In this document: one piece after another, positions 20,377 to 29,597 of the stretch
How positions within the stretch are numbered: the stretch's first letter is position 1
How the letters are laid out: each line of letters starts with the position of its first letter
DNA from: a plasmid
Strand: one strand, 5' to 3'
DNA length: 55,512 bases
Sequence record: NZ_CP071303.1
Notes under the pieces: model-generated
Seen by the model: the letters and a program-made list of their open reading frames with translations, nothing else
Told to the model about the DNA's origin: nothing
Database searches by the model: none
Position numbers and translations under genes: made by a program

Positions 20377-20406
20377 TGTGTCCATAAAATGGTCATTTTC
20401 TGGACA
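20377..20406. promoter_or_regulatory. Candidate res (resolvase-binding) site
   Basis: GTGTCCA-N16-TGGACAC inverted repeat about 120 bp upstream of the resolvase gene. Confidence 0.4.
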
Positions 20407-20526
20407 CTCTTCTTTTGTTATAAAAACTCTCAAAAACATTTATATTTATTGTTCATAAACCCGTGATTTATTCTATGTTCATTTATACATATCTTTCTAA
20501 GTTATGATACAATACAATAAATTAAA

Positions 20527-21096
20527 ATGAAGGAGAAAAAAATGAATATAGGATACGCACGAGTTTCAACTGGACTTCAAAATTTAGATTTACAAAAAGA
20601 TAGTCTCAAAAAATATAACTGTGAAAAAATATTTACTGACCATCTGTCAGGAAGTAAAAGAGAAAGACCTGGATTAAAATCCGCCATCGAATTTTCTCGT
20701 CCTGGGGATACGATTGTTGTTTGGCGATTGGATCGACTAGGTAGAAATATGGAAGATCTCATTAATATTGTTAATTCTCTTAATAATAAAGGGGTAAGTT
20801 TTCATAGTCTACAAGAAAATATTACAATGGATAAATCAAGTTCGACTGGACAATTGATGTTTCATTTGTTTGCGGCTTTTGCGGAATTTGAGCGAAATCT
20901 TATTTTGGAGCGTTCTGCCGCTGGTAGAGAAGCCGCACGTGCAAGAGGACGACTTGGAGGAAGACCTGAGAAATTTTCGGAGCAAGACGTAAAGCTTCTT
21001 AAAACCTTGGTAGAAAGTGGTACGCCGATTAAGTCGATTGCGGATTCTTGGGGAGTTTCAAGAACCACAATTTATAGATATATTAATAAGTTTTAG
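20527..21096 (+). CDS. Serine recombinase (resolvase/invertase family)
   Basis: N-terminal GYARVSTGLQNLDLQ with catalytic Ser; C-terminal HTH. Confidence 0.9.
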   Translation: MKEKKMNIGYARVSTGLQNLDLQKDSLKKYNCEKIFTDHLSGSKRERPGLKSAIEFSRPGDTIVVWRLDRLGRNMEDLINIVNSLNNKGVSFHSLQENITMDKSSSTGQLMFHLFAAFAEFERNLILERSAAGREAARARGRLGGRPEKFSEQDVKLLKTLVESGTPIKSIADSWGVSRTTIYRYINKF

Positions 21097-21242
21097 AATA
21101 AAATAAAAGACCAGCTCACAACGATTAAGTTATTGGCTGGTTTTTAAATATTCTACTTTTGTATATTTATTTTTTGGAAAAAAATAAAGTTAATAGCTTA
21201 TAAATTGAATAGTTATCTCAATTCTTTCTTCTTAATTTTTTT

Positions 21243-21259
21243 AACTTTGCAACAGAACC
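21243..21259. repeat. Solo IS6-family inverted repeat (scar)
   Basis: AACTTTGCAACAGAACC without adjacent IS interior. Confidence 0.6.
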
Positions 21260-21707
21260 CTTTGATGTATTGCACCACAAAATTTGAACCAAAATTGTCC
21301 AATTAATTAAAGGAGGCTCAGTCACATTATAGAGTATCCATTTGCGTTAAAACAAAAATCTATTTAAAACAAGGGGAGTGTACTGAACTTATTGTTTATG
21401 AAAACGGTTGAATTAGAAAAGCGCCTTTCAAAAGGTGCTTTTTGTCTTTCTAGTTTGAAAAATATACTCTATTTTTTTATTCTTCGTAACTCATTCTTTT
21501 CCCTGATTTCCAAGTTCGAAAATGAGACTTGGAGGTAACCGTAGTCACTTCTGGCCGTATTTTTTTCTTTTATTCTCTCCTTGCCGATACTTTTTTATTG
21601 AGTATCGCTATGAATATATATTATAATATCACATTTAGGACACAAAAGAAACCTTACGGTTATTGATTTGTAATATTTATAGAATACAACTTTTTTCCTT
21701 GACTTTG

Positions 21708-21727
21708 ATAGTTTACAATTGTAAACT
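21708..21727. promoter_or_regulatory. cop box (CopY/CopR operator) overlapping the copB promoter
   Basis: Perfect palindrome TAGTTTACAATTGTAAACTA containing the consensus TACAnnTGTA, 45 bp upstream of copB; TTGACT -35 box at 21700. Confidence 0.7.
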
Positions 21728-21770
21728 ATATATAGATAGAAATTTCAAAGCATTCATTTAGGAGGAAAAT

Positions 21771-23828
21771 ATGTCAAATAAAACTCATTCGTCTAATCAC
21801 GATGAAATGATGGATATGGAGCACGAAAACCATGAGATGCACAACATGCACAATATGGATAATATGCATGATATGGACAATATGGATATGATGAATCATG
21901 GAGGACACATGATGCATATGGGTGATATGAGTAAAAAGCTCAAAGTGGCTATCATTCTTATGATTCCGCTTCTACTCATTTCACCAATCGCGGGCTTTAC
22001 TATCCTTAAATTCCCCGGAAGTGAAATTTTGCAACTCATCCTTGGTACAATTATCTTCTTTTACTCTGGGACTCCTTTTTTTAGCGGAGCAAAAGGTGAA
22101 TTAAAAAGCCGTAAGCCAGCCATGATGATGCTGATTACAATGGGAATTACCGTTGCCTATGCTTATTCTGTTTATGCCACAATTATGAGTCTTAACGGAC
22201 ATATGGGCATGAACTTCTGGTTTGAACTGGCAACTTTAATTGTCATTATGTTGATTGGTCACCTGATTGAGATGAAAGCAATCATGGGTGCTGGCGATGC
22301 ATTGAAAGATTTAGCAAGCCTTGTTCCCAAAAAAGCTCACTTAAAAAGTGGGAAGGATGTGGAGCTTTCAGAACTAAAAGTTGGCGATTTGCTTTTAGTG
22401 AAAGAAAATGAAAAAATTCCTGCAGATGGCCTTATATTAAGTGAAGCGCTCGTTGATGAGTCAATGATTACTGGTGAAAGCCGAGCAGTCAATAAAAAAA
22501 CAAATGACCTTGTTTATGGTGGTTCCCTCAATCAAAACCAACCATTTGAGATGAAAGTCACAACCCTTGGAAAAGATTCATTTCTCAATCAAGTGGCCGA
22601 ATTAGTCAAGAAAGCCCAAGCTCAAAAATCTAATTTGGAAAATATGGCTGACAGAGTGGCCGGTTACCTTTTCTATGCTGCACTTATTGTCGGTATCTTC
22701 TCATTAATTTTTTGGACAATTAGTTCTAACTTTAGTTTTGCTCTACTTCTTGCGGTTTCTGTTTTTGTAATTGCATGTCCACACGCTTTAGGTCTTGCGG
22801 TTCCACTTGTTGTTTCTCGCTTAACCAGTATTTCTGCTAAAAATGGTTTATTAATTCAAAACAGAACCTCTTTGGAAAAAATAAATACAATTAAATATGC
22901 CTTAATGGATAAAACAGGAACATTAACTGACGGTAAGTTTATTGTCCGTAATGTTATTAATTTTACTGATGAAACAGACATTCTCCAAATCATGGCAGCA
23001 CTTGAAGGAAGTTCCACTCACCCGATTGCTCAATCAATCGTTTCATCTGCTAAACCTCTTGAAAATCTAAAAGTTGAAGCGGTTGAAAATATCCCAGGAG
23101 TTGGAATTAAAGGGCAAGTTAATCAAAACTTTTATCAAATTGTTAACTATAAATATCTTCGTGAAAATCAACTTTCTTATGATGAACAAAAGATTGCTCA
23201 ATATTTAGATTTAGGTTTAACTGTATCTTTCCTAATCAATGAACAACAAGATGTTTTAGGATTTATTGCCTTAGGAGATTCTCCTAAAGCAGACGCGAAA
23301 GCCTTTATTAATGGTTTATTAGCCCAAGGAATTACCCCTGTTATGCTCACGGGTGATAATAAAGAAACTGCTCAAAAAATTGCTAGTGCACTAAATATTC
23401 CCGAATTTAGAGCGGAATTAAAACCTGAAGATAAAGCAGAAATTGTGAAAGAATACCAAAAGAAAGCCGGCGTTCTTTTCATTGGTGATGGTGTCAATGA
23501 TTCCCCAGCTCTTGCAACTGCTACAATTGGTTTTGCGATTGGAGCAGGAACTTCGGTTGCTATCAGTACCGCTGATGTCGTCCTAGTTAACTCCAATCCA
23601 AGTGACGTCTTGGATATGATTAATATCTCCAAACGCATGCTTAGAAAAATGAAACAAAACCTCTGGTTTGGAGCAGGCTATAACATTATTGCTATTCCTG
23701 TTGCAGCGGGTATTCTTTATCCATTTACAGGAATTTATATTGACCCTCTCATTGCAGCAGTCCTGATGTCAATCTCAACCGTGATTGTCTCAATCAACGC
23801 GATGGGATTGAGGTATGATAAAAAATAG
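21771..23828 (+). CDS. copB: Copper-translocating P1B-3-type ATPase (CopB-like)
   Basis: His/Met-rich N-terminal tail, TM6 CPH motif (VIACPHALG), DKTGTLT, GDGVNDSPAL. Confidence 0.85.
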   Translation: MSNKTHSSNHDEMMDMEHENHEMHNMHNMDNMHDMDNMDMMNHGGHMMHMGDMSKKLKVAIILMIPLLLISPIAGFTILKFPGSEILQLILGTIIFFYSGTPFFSGAKGELKSRKPAMMMLITMGITVAYAYSVYATIMSLNGHMGMNFWFELATLIVIMLIGHLIEMKAIMGAGDALKDLASLVPKKAHLKSGKDVELSELKVGDLLLVKENEKIPADGLILSEALVDESMITGESRAVNKKTNDLVYGGSLNQNQPFEMKVTTLGKDSFLNQVAELVKKAQAQKSNLENMADRVAGYLFYAALIVGIFSLIFWTISSNFSFALLLAVSVFVIACPHALGLAVPLVVSRLTSISAKNGLLIQNRTSLEKINTIKYALMDKTGTLTDGKFIVRNVINFTDETDILQIMAALEGSSTHPIAQSIVSSAKPLENLKVEAVENIPGVGIKGQVNQNFYQIVNYKYLRENQLSYDEQKIAQYLDLGLTVSFLINEQQDVLGFIALGDSPKADAKAFINGLLAQGITPVMLTGDNKETAQKIASALNIPEFRAELKPEDKAEIVKEYQKKAGVLFIGDGVNDSPALATATIGFAIGAGTSVAISTADVVLVNSNPSDVLDMINISKRMLRKMKQNLWFGAGYNIIAIPVAAGILYPFTGIYIDPLIAAVLMSISTVIVSINAMGLRYDKK

Positions 23829-24161
23829 AAGAGCCTATGCTCTTCTATTTTTTTCATACTAATTATGAAACTTTTATCACTTAAATATACTTAAAGATTA
23901 AGTATGATATCACAGAAATACTAATGATTGTAATGATATTTTTTAAATATGATTTATTTTTAAATGATTTTAGAATCTTTCGTTCATAATCATTTAATTG
24001 ACTCCCTTTATGAACTAGAAAATAAATATTACCTCTAAGATTTAAGGATAACATCAACAAACTGAAATTCAAGAAGCTAAAAAAGAACAAAAAGAATTGC
24101 TAAAAAAGCACGAAGAAAAACAAAAAAAGAAAGTAAATTAGACAGCTTTAAAAATAAATTC

Positions 24162-24969
24162 GGTTCTGTTGCAAAGTTTTCCAAAAAATCTATTTTAGTG
24201 TAAAATTGAGAAAAAAGACAGAGAGGACAGAGTAATGAATCATTTTAAAGGCAAACAATTCAAAAAAGACGTCATTATTGTCGCTGTTGGTTACTACCTG
24301 CGTTACAATCTAAGCTATCGTGAAGTTCAGGAATTGTTATATGATCGTGGAATAAATGTTTGTCATACTACGATTTATCGTTGGGTGCAAGAGTACAGCA
24401 AAGTCCTCTATGATCTTTGGAAGAAGAAAAATAGACAATCCTTCTATTCATGGAAAATGGACGAAACCTATATCAAAATTAAGGGACGTTGGCATTATCT
24501 TTATCGTGCAATTGATGCGGACGGCTTAACCTTAGATATCTGGTTACGAAAGAAACGGGATACGCAAGCAGCCTATGCTTTCTTAAAACGACTCCATAAA
24601 CAGTTTGGTGAGCCGAAAGCAATTGTGACCGATAAAGCACCTTCTCTTGGCTCCGCCTTTAGAAAGTTACAGAGTGTGGGTTTATACACTAAGACAGAGC
24701 ACCGAACTGTGAAGTATCTTAACAATTTAATAGAACAAGACCATCGACCTATTAAACGACGGAATAAATTTTATCAAAGTCTCCGTACAGCCTCTTCCAC
24801 GATTAAGGGCATGGAGACCATTCGAGGAATATATAAAAAGAACCGAAGAAATGGAACGCTCTTCGGATTTTCGGTGTCTACTGAAATCAAGGTATTAATG
24901 GGAATAACAGCCTAAGATATTTGGAGTTCAGAGAGGGCACGTTTGATTTTCAAACTTCGCAACAGAACC
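24162..24969 (+). mobile_element. IS6-family element, ISS1-like, 808 bp (copy 2, direct repeat of copy 1)
   Basis: IRL GGTTCTGTTGCAAAGTTT, IRR AAACTTCGCAACAGAACC; transposase 24235..24915 differs from copy 1 at a few residues. Confidence 0.9.
24235..24915 (+). CDS. IS6-family transposase
   Basis: 226 aa, near-identical to 18811..19491. Confidence 0.9.
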   Translation: MNHFKGKQFKKDVIIVAVGYYLRYNLSYREVQELLYDRGINVCHTTIYRWVQEYSKVLYDLWKKKNRQSFYSWKMDETYIKIKGRWHYLYRAIDADGLTLDIWLRKKRDTQAAYAFLKRLHKQFGEPKAIVTDKAPSLGSAFRKLQSVGLYTKTEHRTVKYLNNLIEQDHRPIKRRNKFYQSLRTASSTIKGMETIRGIYKKNRRNGTLFGFSVSTEIKVLMGITA

Positions 24970-25103
24970 GTAATTCTTATTTTTATAGAATGCTTTGCTG
25001 TAGATAAAATTATGAATAAATAAAGTAAAAAATACATCCTGACTTATAATACAGTTCATTAGGGTGTGTTTTTGCTAAACGTTTAATAAAAAATTAGGAG
25101 CCA

Positions 25104-25445
25104 TTGATGAAAAAAACTATAATCTTTATATTACATATTCCATTTATACTTCTCCTCTGGCTCTGTATAACGTCTCCCTTTTTTATAAAAAATAGTCTGC
25201 TTAATTCATCCTTTGGTCACATTTTTAAAGGAGTAGAAAATATTTCTCATAGTGGACCTCTAGCAACAGTTTTGTTGTTATTCGTCATACCTTTACTTTC
25301 ACTCATTTCATGCTTATACCTTGCTTTTAAGAAAAACCAGAGCGGAAGAAATTATGTGATTTATATTTTGATGTCGTTATTTTCTCTTGTTTGCCTCTCA
25401 GTTTTTTCTGTTATTATGATAATAGGTTTAGGAAACTATTTATGA
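25104..25445 (+). CDS. Hypothetical small membrane protein (3 TM)
   Basis: 113 aa, hydrophobic; followed by a strong terminator at 25447..25495. Confidence 0.4.
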   Translation: MMKKTIIFILHIPFILLLWLCITSPFFIKNSLLNSSFGHIFKGVENISHSGPLATVLLLFVIPLLSLISCLYLAFKKNQSGRNYVIYILMSLFSLVCLSVFSVIMIIGLGNYL

Positions 25446-25446
25446 A

Positions 25447-25495
25447 AAAAAGCCTCTACAAGCTAAATGGCTTGTAGAAGCTTTTTTTTGTTATA
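25447..25495 (+). terminator. Rho-independent terminator
   Basis: agcctctacaagc-taaatg-gcttgtagaagct followed by T8. Confidence 0.7.
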
Positions 25496-25576
25496 ATAAT
25501 GGAGTAGAGTTTATGAACGGTAGCTTTGATTGGAGGTGGTGCTTATGATTATTTCGTGGGCAAAACCTCACAAAAC

Positions 25577-25678
25577 ATGAAAGGCGAAAATTTTTTGACT
25601 GTATTTCAGGCATTGAGTCTCATGATTGCATTTGCAACTTTGATGATTCTTGTCATTAATACGAGTAACAAAAAATGA
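25577..25678 (+). CDS. Holin-like/Fst-like small hydrophobic peptide (type I toxin candidate)
   Basis: 33 aa, MKGENFLTVFQALSLMIAFATLMILVINTSNKK: a single TM helix with a lysine-rich tail. A plus-strand terminator lies at 25743..25772. A minus-strand hairpin at 25668..25712 overlaps the stop codon. Confidence 0.35.
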   Translation: MKGENFLTVFQALSLMIAFATLMILVINTSNKK

Positions 25679-25803
25679 CCGTTCATCTTAGCGGATAAGG
25701 TCATTTAGATAGTATTTGCTACCGTTCTTAAAACGGCTACATTGGACTTGTTACTAGCAAGTCCTTTTTTCTTTATCTTTATTTTATCACAACTTCCATT
25801 TTT

Positions 25804-26070
25804 TGTCATCTCTGATGTTATCCTTAAATTCTAGAGTCGCTATTGTATAATTTTAAACTGTTTATTTTAAGTGATTGCTTTTTCAAATTGATTAGGCGTA
25901 AGATACCCTAAACTCTGATGGATGCGTTTTGAATTATAAAAGGCTTCAATGTACCAGAAAATACTCTGATAGGCTTCTTCAAAGTCCTTATATTTAAATT
26001 GATACACCCATTCTCTTTTTAAATTTCCATGCCAAGATTCAAGACTGGCATTATGATAAGGATAACATCA
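25804..26070 (-). mobile_element. IS981/IS3-family element 3' fragment (IRR plus about 75 C-terminal codons of orfB)
   Basis: The end sequence TGATGTTATCCTTAAATTCTAGAGTCGCTATTGTATAATTT matches the IR at 16294; the reverse-strand translation reads CYPYHNASLESWHGNLKREWVYQ...LGYLTPNQFEK. Confidence 0.6.
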
Positions 26071-26115
26071 CGCGGAAGCTATCCGCTAATATAAATATAA
26101 GGAAATATAATATTA

Positions 26116-26144
26116 TTGACGTAATGAAAGCGTTTGTGATATAA
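26116..26144 (+). promoter_or_regulatory. Promoter upstream of the maltose module
   Basis: TTGACG, 18 bp, TATAAT. Confidence 0.5.
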
Positions 26145-26182
26145 TTGATTTACCTTAAAAAAAGCGCTTTTATTTTTGGTTG

Positions 26183-26204
26183 ATTACGCAAACGGTTGCG
26201 TAAT
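26183..26204. promoter_or_regulatory. LacI/MalR-family operator-like palindrome
   Basis: ATTACGCAA-ACGG-TTGCGTAAT; the core CGCAAACGGTTGCG resembles the LacI-family operator pattern nGCAAACGTTTGCn. Confidence 0.45.
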
Positions 26205-26231
26205 TTTTTCGAATTTTTTGGAGGATATCTT

Positions 26232-26438
26232 ATGTCGGAAGTAAAAACTTCTAAATTACCAACTTTACCATTAAAAACAATCTGGATGTTGTCGTTTGGT
26301 TACCTTGGGGTTCAAATGGCTTTTTCTCTTCAAAGCTCAAATATGGGAAGAATTTTTGAAACACTTGGTGCGGACCCAACTCGTTTAGGTTTTTTCTTCA
26401 TTTTACCACCTAAAGGATATTCCATCTGTACAAAATAA
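26232..26438 (+). pseudogene. Truncated N-terminus of a GPH/sucrose-transporter-like sugar:cation symporter
   Basis: MSEVKTSKLPTLPLKTIWMLSFGYLGVQMAFSLQSSNMGRIFETLGADPTRLGFFF matches the SUT/GPH N-terminal signature; the frame ends after about 68 aa. Confidence 0.5.
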
Positions 26439-26589
26439 TTTATAATTAAACTTATTAATAATGAGCTCTACTATAACTGGATTAATAAATAAGTAAGTAA
26501 CCCACTGAATTGACAGTCTTTACTTCCAATTATGTCATCCTGGGAATATCAGTTTTATAAAAAATAGAAGGTGAGAACAAGATAACACT

Positions 26590-28848
26590 ATGAAACAAAT
26601 CAAAAGAATTATGGGCATTGACCCTTGGAAAATTACATCAAATCAGATTGAAAAAGAAGACCGTCGTTTGCAAGAATCACTTACTTCCATTGGAAATGGC
26701 TACATGGGAATGCGCGGAAATTTTAGTGAAACTTATAGTGGCGACAGTCACCAAGGAACTTATATTGCAGGGGTTTGGTTTCCAGATAAAACACGTGTAG
26801 GTTGGTGGAAAAATGGTTATCCTGAATATTTTGGTAAAGCAATCAATGCCCTCAATTTTGCTTCTGTCAGAGTTTTTATTGATGACAAAGAAGTTGATTT
26901 AGCCGCAAGTCACGTGACTGATTTTAATCTGTCGCTTGATATGGAAAAAGGGATACTCACCTATACTTATGTAGCTTATGGAGTACGTGTGACTGCCGAA
27001 AGATTTTTCTCAATTGCTCAACAAGAACTTGCGGTTTTTGCTTTCATGTTTGAAAGCTTAGATGGTGAAATTCATCAAATCCGTACAGCCTCAATCATTG
27101 ATGCAAATGTTCGTAATGAAGATTCCAACTACGATGAAAAATTTTGGACAGTAAAAAACCTTGATAATACAGCTACAGGTTCATTTATTGTCACCGAAAC
27201 AATTCCTAATCCATTTGGAGTTGAACAATTTACGGTAGCAGCTAAACAAAGCTTTGCAGGCGATTTTACTCGAGTTAAGCAAGAAACAAGAGAAAGTTCT
27301 GTTTTAGATGTTTACGAAGCAAAATTAATAGAAAATGCACCACTCGCCTTTATCAAAAATGTTTTAGTTGTCACAAGTCGTGATATTGAACCCTCGAATT
27401 TAACAAAAGTGCTATCAAATTTGACCCTTGAAATTTCTAAGAAAACATATCATGAATTTTATAAAGAACAAGAAATCGCTTGGAAAAAACGTTGGGAAAT
27501 TGCTGATGTACAAATTGACGGTTCAGCAGAAGCTCAACAAGGGATTCGCTTTAATCTTTTCCAACTTTTCTCTACCTATTACGGCGAAGATGAACGTTTA
27601 AATATTGGGCCTAAAGGATTTACTGGAGAAAAATATGGCGGAGCAACTTATTGGGATACAGAAGCCTATGCCGTTCCATTATACTTGGCACTTTCTGATG
27701 AAAAAGTTGCTAAAAATCTTTTAAAATATCGTCATAATCAATTGCCACAAGCACAACATAATGCCCGTCAACAAGGACTTAAAGGTGCTTTGTATCCAAT
27801 GGTTACTTTTACAGGTGTTGAATGTCATAATGAGTGGGAAATTACATTTGAAGAAATTCACCGTAATGGAGCAATGGCTTATGCGATTTATAACTACAGC
27901 AACTACACGGGAGATGAAACTTATCTTGCTCATGAAGGTTTAGAAGTTTTGATTGAAATTGCTCGTTTTTGGGCAGACCGTGTGCATTATAGTAAACGAA
28001 ATGATAAATACATGATTCATGGAGTCACAGGCCCAAATGAGTATGAAAATAATATCAATAACAACTGGTACACTAATAAATTGGCAGCTTGGGTTTTGAC
28101 TTATACTGCTGAAAGTTTAGCGAAATACCCACGCCCAGATTTAATTGAAGGAGCTGAAATTGCTCACTGGTCAGAAATTGTGGATAAAATGTATTATCCA
28201 GAAGATGAAGAATTGGGTATCTTTGTTCAACATGATGGTTTTTTAGATAAAGATTTGACTCCAGTGGCTCAACTTGACCCTAAAAATCTTCCATTGAACC
28301 AAAATTGGTCTTGGGATCGAGTGTTACGTAGTCCATATATTAAGCAAGCAGATGTGCTTCAAGGAATTTACTTTTTCGGCAATCAGTTTTCATTAGCCGA
28401 AAAACAACGAAATTTTGATTTTTATGAACCATTAACTGTTCATGAAAGCTCACTTTCTCCATCCATTCATGCGATTTTAGCAGCAGAGCTTGGCATGGAA
28501 GACAAGGCTGTTGAAATGTATGAAAGAACAGCTCGTCTTGACTTAGATAATTATAATAACGACACAGAAGATGGACTTCACATCACATCAATGACTGGCT
28601 CATGGTTGTCGATTGTTCATGGTTTTGCCCAAATGAAAACCTGGGATGGTCAATTGAGTTTCGCCCCATTTTTACCACAAGCATGGACGGGTTATGCCTT
28701 TCACATTAACTATCGCGGACGTTTATTAAAAATTTCTGTTGGTCAAGAAGTGAAGCTTGAATTATTAAGTGGTCAAGCCTTAAATCTTGAAATTTATGGT
28801 GAAAAAATTAAACTTTCAAATTTTGTTTCAGTAAACTTAAAAAAATAA
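26590..28848 (+). CDS. malP: Maltose phosphorylase (GH65)
   Basis: 752 aa; N-terminal [57 protein letters not shown] matches lactococcal/enterococcal MapA/MalP by recall; followed by beta-PGM. Confidence 0.8.
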   Translation: MKQIKRIMGIDPWKITSNQIEKEDRRLQESLTSIGNGYMGMRGNFSETYSGDSHQGTYIAGVWFPDKTRVGWWKNGYPEYFGKAINALNFASVRVFIDDKEVDLAASHVTDFNLSLDMEKGILTYTYVAYGVRVTAERFFSIAQQELAVFAFMFESLDGEIHQIRTASIIDANVRNEDSNYDEKFWTVKNLDNTATGSFIVTETIPNPFGVEQFTVAAKQSFAGDFTRVKQETRESSVLDVYEAKLIENAPLAFIKNVLVVTSRDIEPSNLTKVLSNLTLEISKKTYHEFYKEQEIAWKKRWEIADVQIDGSAEAQQGIRFNLFQLFSTYYGEDERLNIGPKGFTGEKYGGATYWDTEAYAVPLYLALSDEKVAKNLLKYRHNQLPQAQHNARQQGLKGALYPMVTFTGVECHNEWEITFEEIHRNGAMAYAIYNYSNYTGDETYLAHEGLEVLIEIARFWADRVHYSKRNDKYMIHGVTGPNEYENNINNNWYTNKLAAWVLTYTAESLAKYPRPDLIEGAEIAHWSEIVDKMYYPEDEELGIFVQHDGFLDKDLTPVAQLDPKNLPLNQNWSWDRVLRSPYIKQADVLQGIYFFGNQFSLAEKQRNFDFYEPLTVHESSLSPSIHAILAAELGMEDKAVEMYERTARLDLDNYNNDTEDGLHITSMTGSWLSIVHGFAQMKTWDGQLSFAPFLPQAWTGYAFHINYRGRLLKISVGQEVKLELLSGQALNLEIYGEKIKLSNFVSVNLKK

Positions 28849-28857
28849 GGAGAAGTT

Positions 28858-29526
28858 ATGTTTAAAGCAGTTTTATTTGATCTAGATGGTGTTATCACAG
28901 ATACAGCAGAGTATCATTATCAAGCTTGGAAAGAGTTGGCAGAATACCTAGGGATTAAAGGAGTTAATCGAAAATTTAACGAACAATTAAAAGGTGTATC
29001 AAGAGAAGAATCCCTAAAGAAAATTCTATCGCTTGATGAGGGAATGAAATCATACACTGAGAAAGATTTTTTTGCTTTAGCGAATATGAAAAATGATAAT
29101 TATGTCAAGATGATTCAGAATATAAGCTCTCAAGATGTTTATCCAGGAATTTTAAAACTTTTGAAAGATTTGAAAAAAAATGATATTAAAATTGGACTAG
29201 CTTCTGCATCTAAAAATGGTCCATTTCTATTAGAAAAAATGGAATTAACTGAATATTTTGATGCTATTGCTGACCCGTCTGAAGTTGTGGCATCAAAGCC
29301 AGCACCAGATATTTTTATTGCAGCAGCACATGCTGTTGGCGTTATGCCTTATGAATCAATCGGTTTGGAGGATTCTCAAGCTGGAATTCAATCCATAAAA
29401 GATTCTGGGGCATTACCAATTGGTGTGGGAGATGAAGAAAATTTGGGAAATGATATTGCAGTAGTAGAAAGCACTGAAATGCTGACTTTTGAATATTTAA
29501 AAAAAATTTGGGAGATAAATCATTAA
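28858..29526 (+). CDS. pgmB: Beta-phosphoglucomutase (HAD superfamily)
   Basis: [28 protein letters not shown] with the DxDG nucleophile motif; 222 aa. Confidence 0.85.
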   Translation: MFKAVLFDLDGVITDTAEYHYQAWKELAEYLGIKGVNRKFNEQLKGVSREESLKKILSLDEGMKSYTEKDFFALANMKNDNYVKMIQNISSQDVYPGILKLLKDLKKNDIKIGLASASKNGPFLLEKMELTEYFDAIADPSEVVASKPAPDIFIAAAHAVGVMPYESIGLEDSQAGIQSIKDSGALPIGVGDEENLGNDIAVVESTEMLTFEYLKKIWEINH

Positions 29527-29539
29527 TGTTAAGTGAAAC

Positions 29540-29557
29540 GGTTCTGTTGCAAAGTTC
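29540..29557. repeat. Solo IS6-family inverted repeat between pgmB and the PTS gene
   Basis: GGTTCTGTTGCAAAGTTC with no IS interior adjacent. Confidence 0.6.
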
Positions 29558-29597
29558 AAATATGTACACAAATATTAATTTTTAAGGAGATGAGGAA

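Noticed and set aside
21296-21560. Possible missing copR/copY in the 670-bp gap upstream of copB
   Set aside because: The gap holds only short ORFs with a terminator-like hairpin, and no HTH regulator frame.
26196-26438. 80-aa ORF beginning MRNFFEFFGG
   Set aside because: The upstream extension has no RBS and overlaps the promoter/operator; the real start is ATG 26232 with GGAGGA RBS, and the product is a truncated transporter N-terminus.
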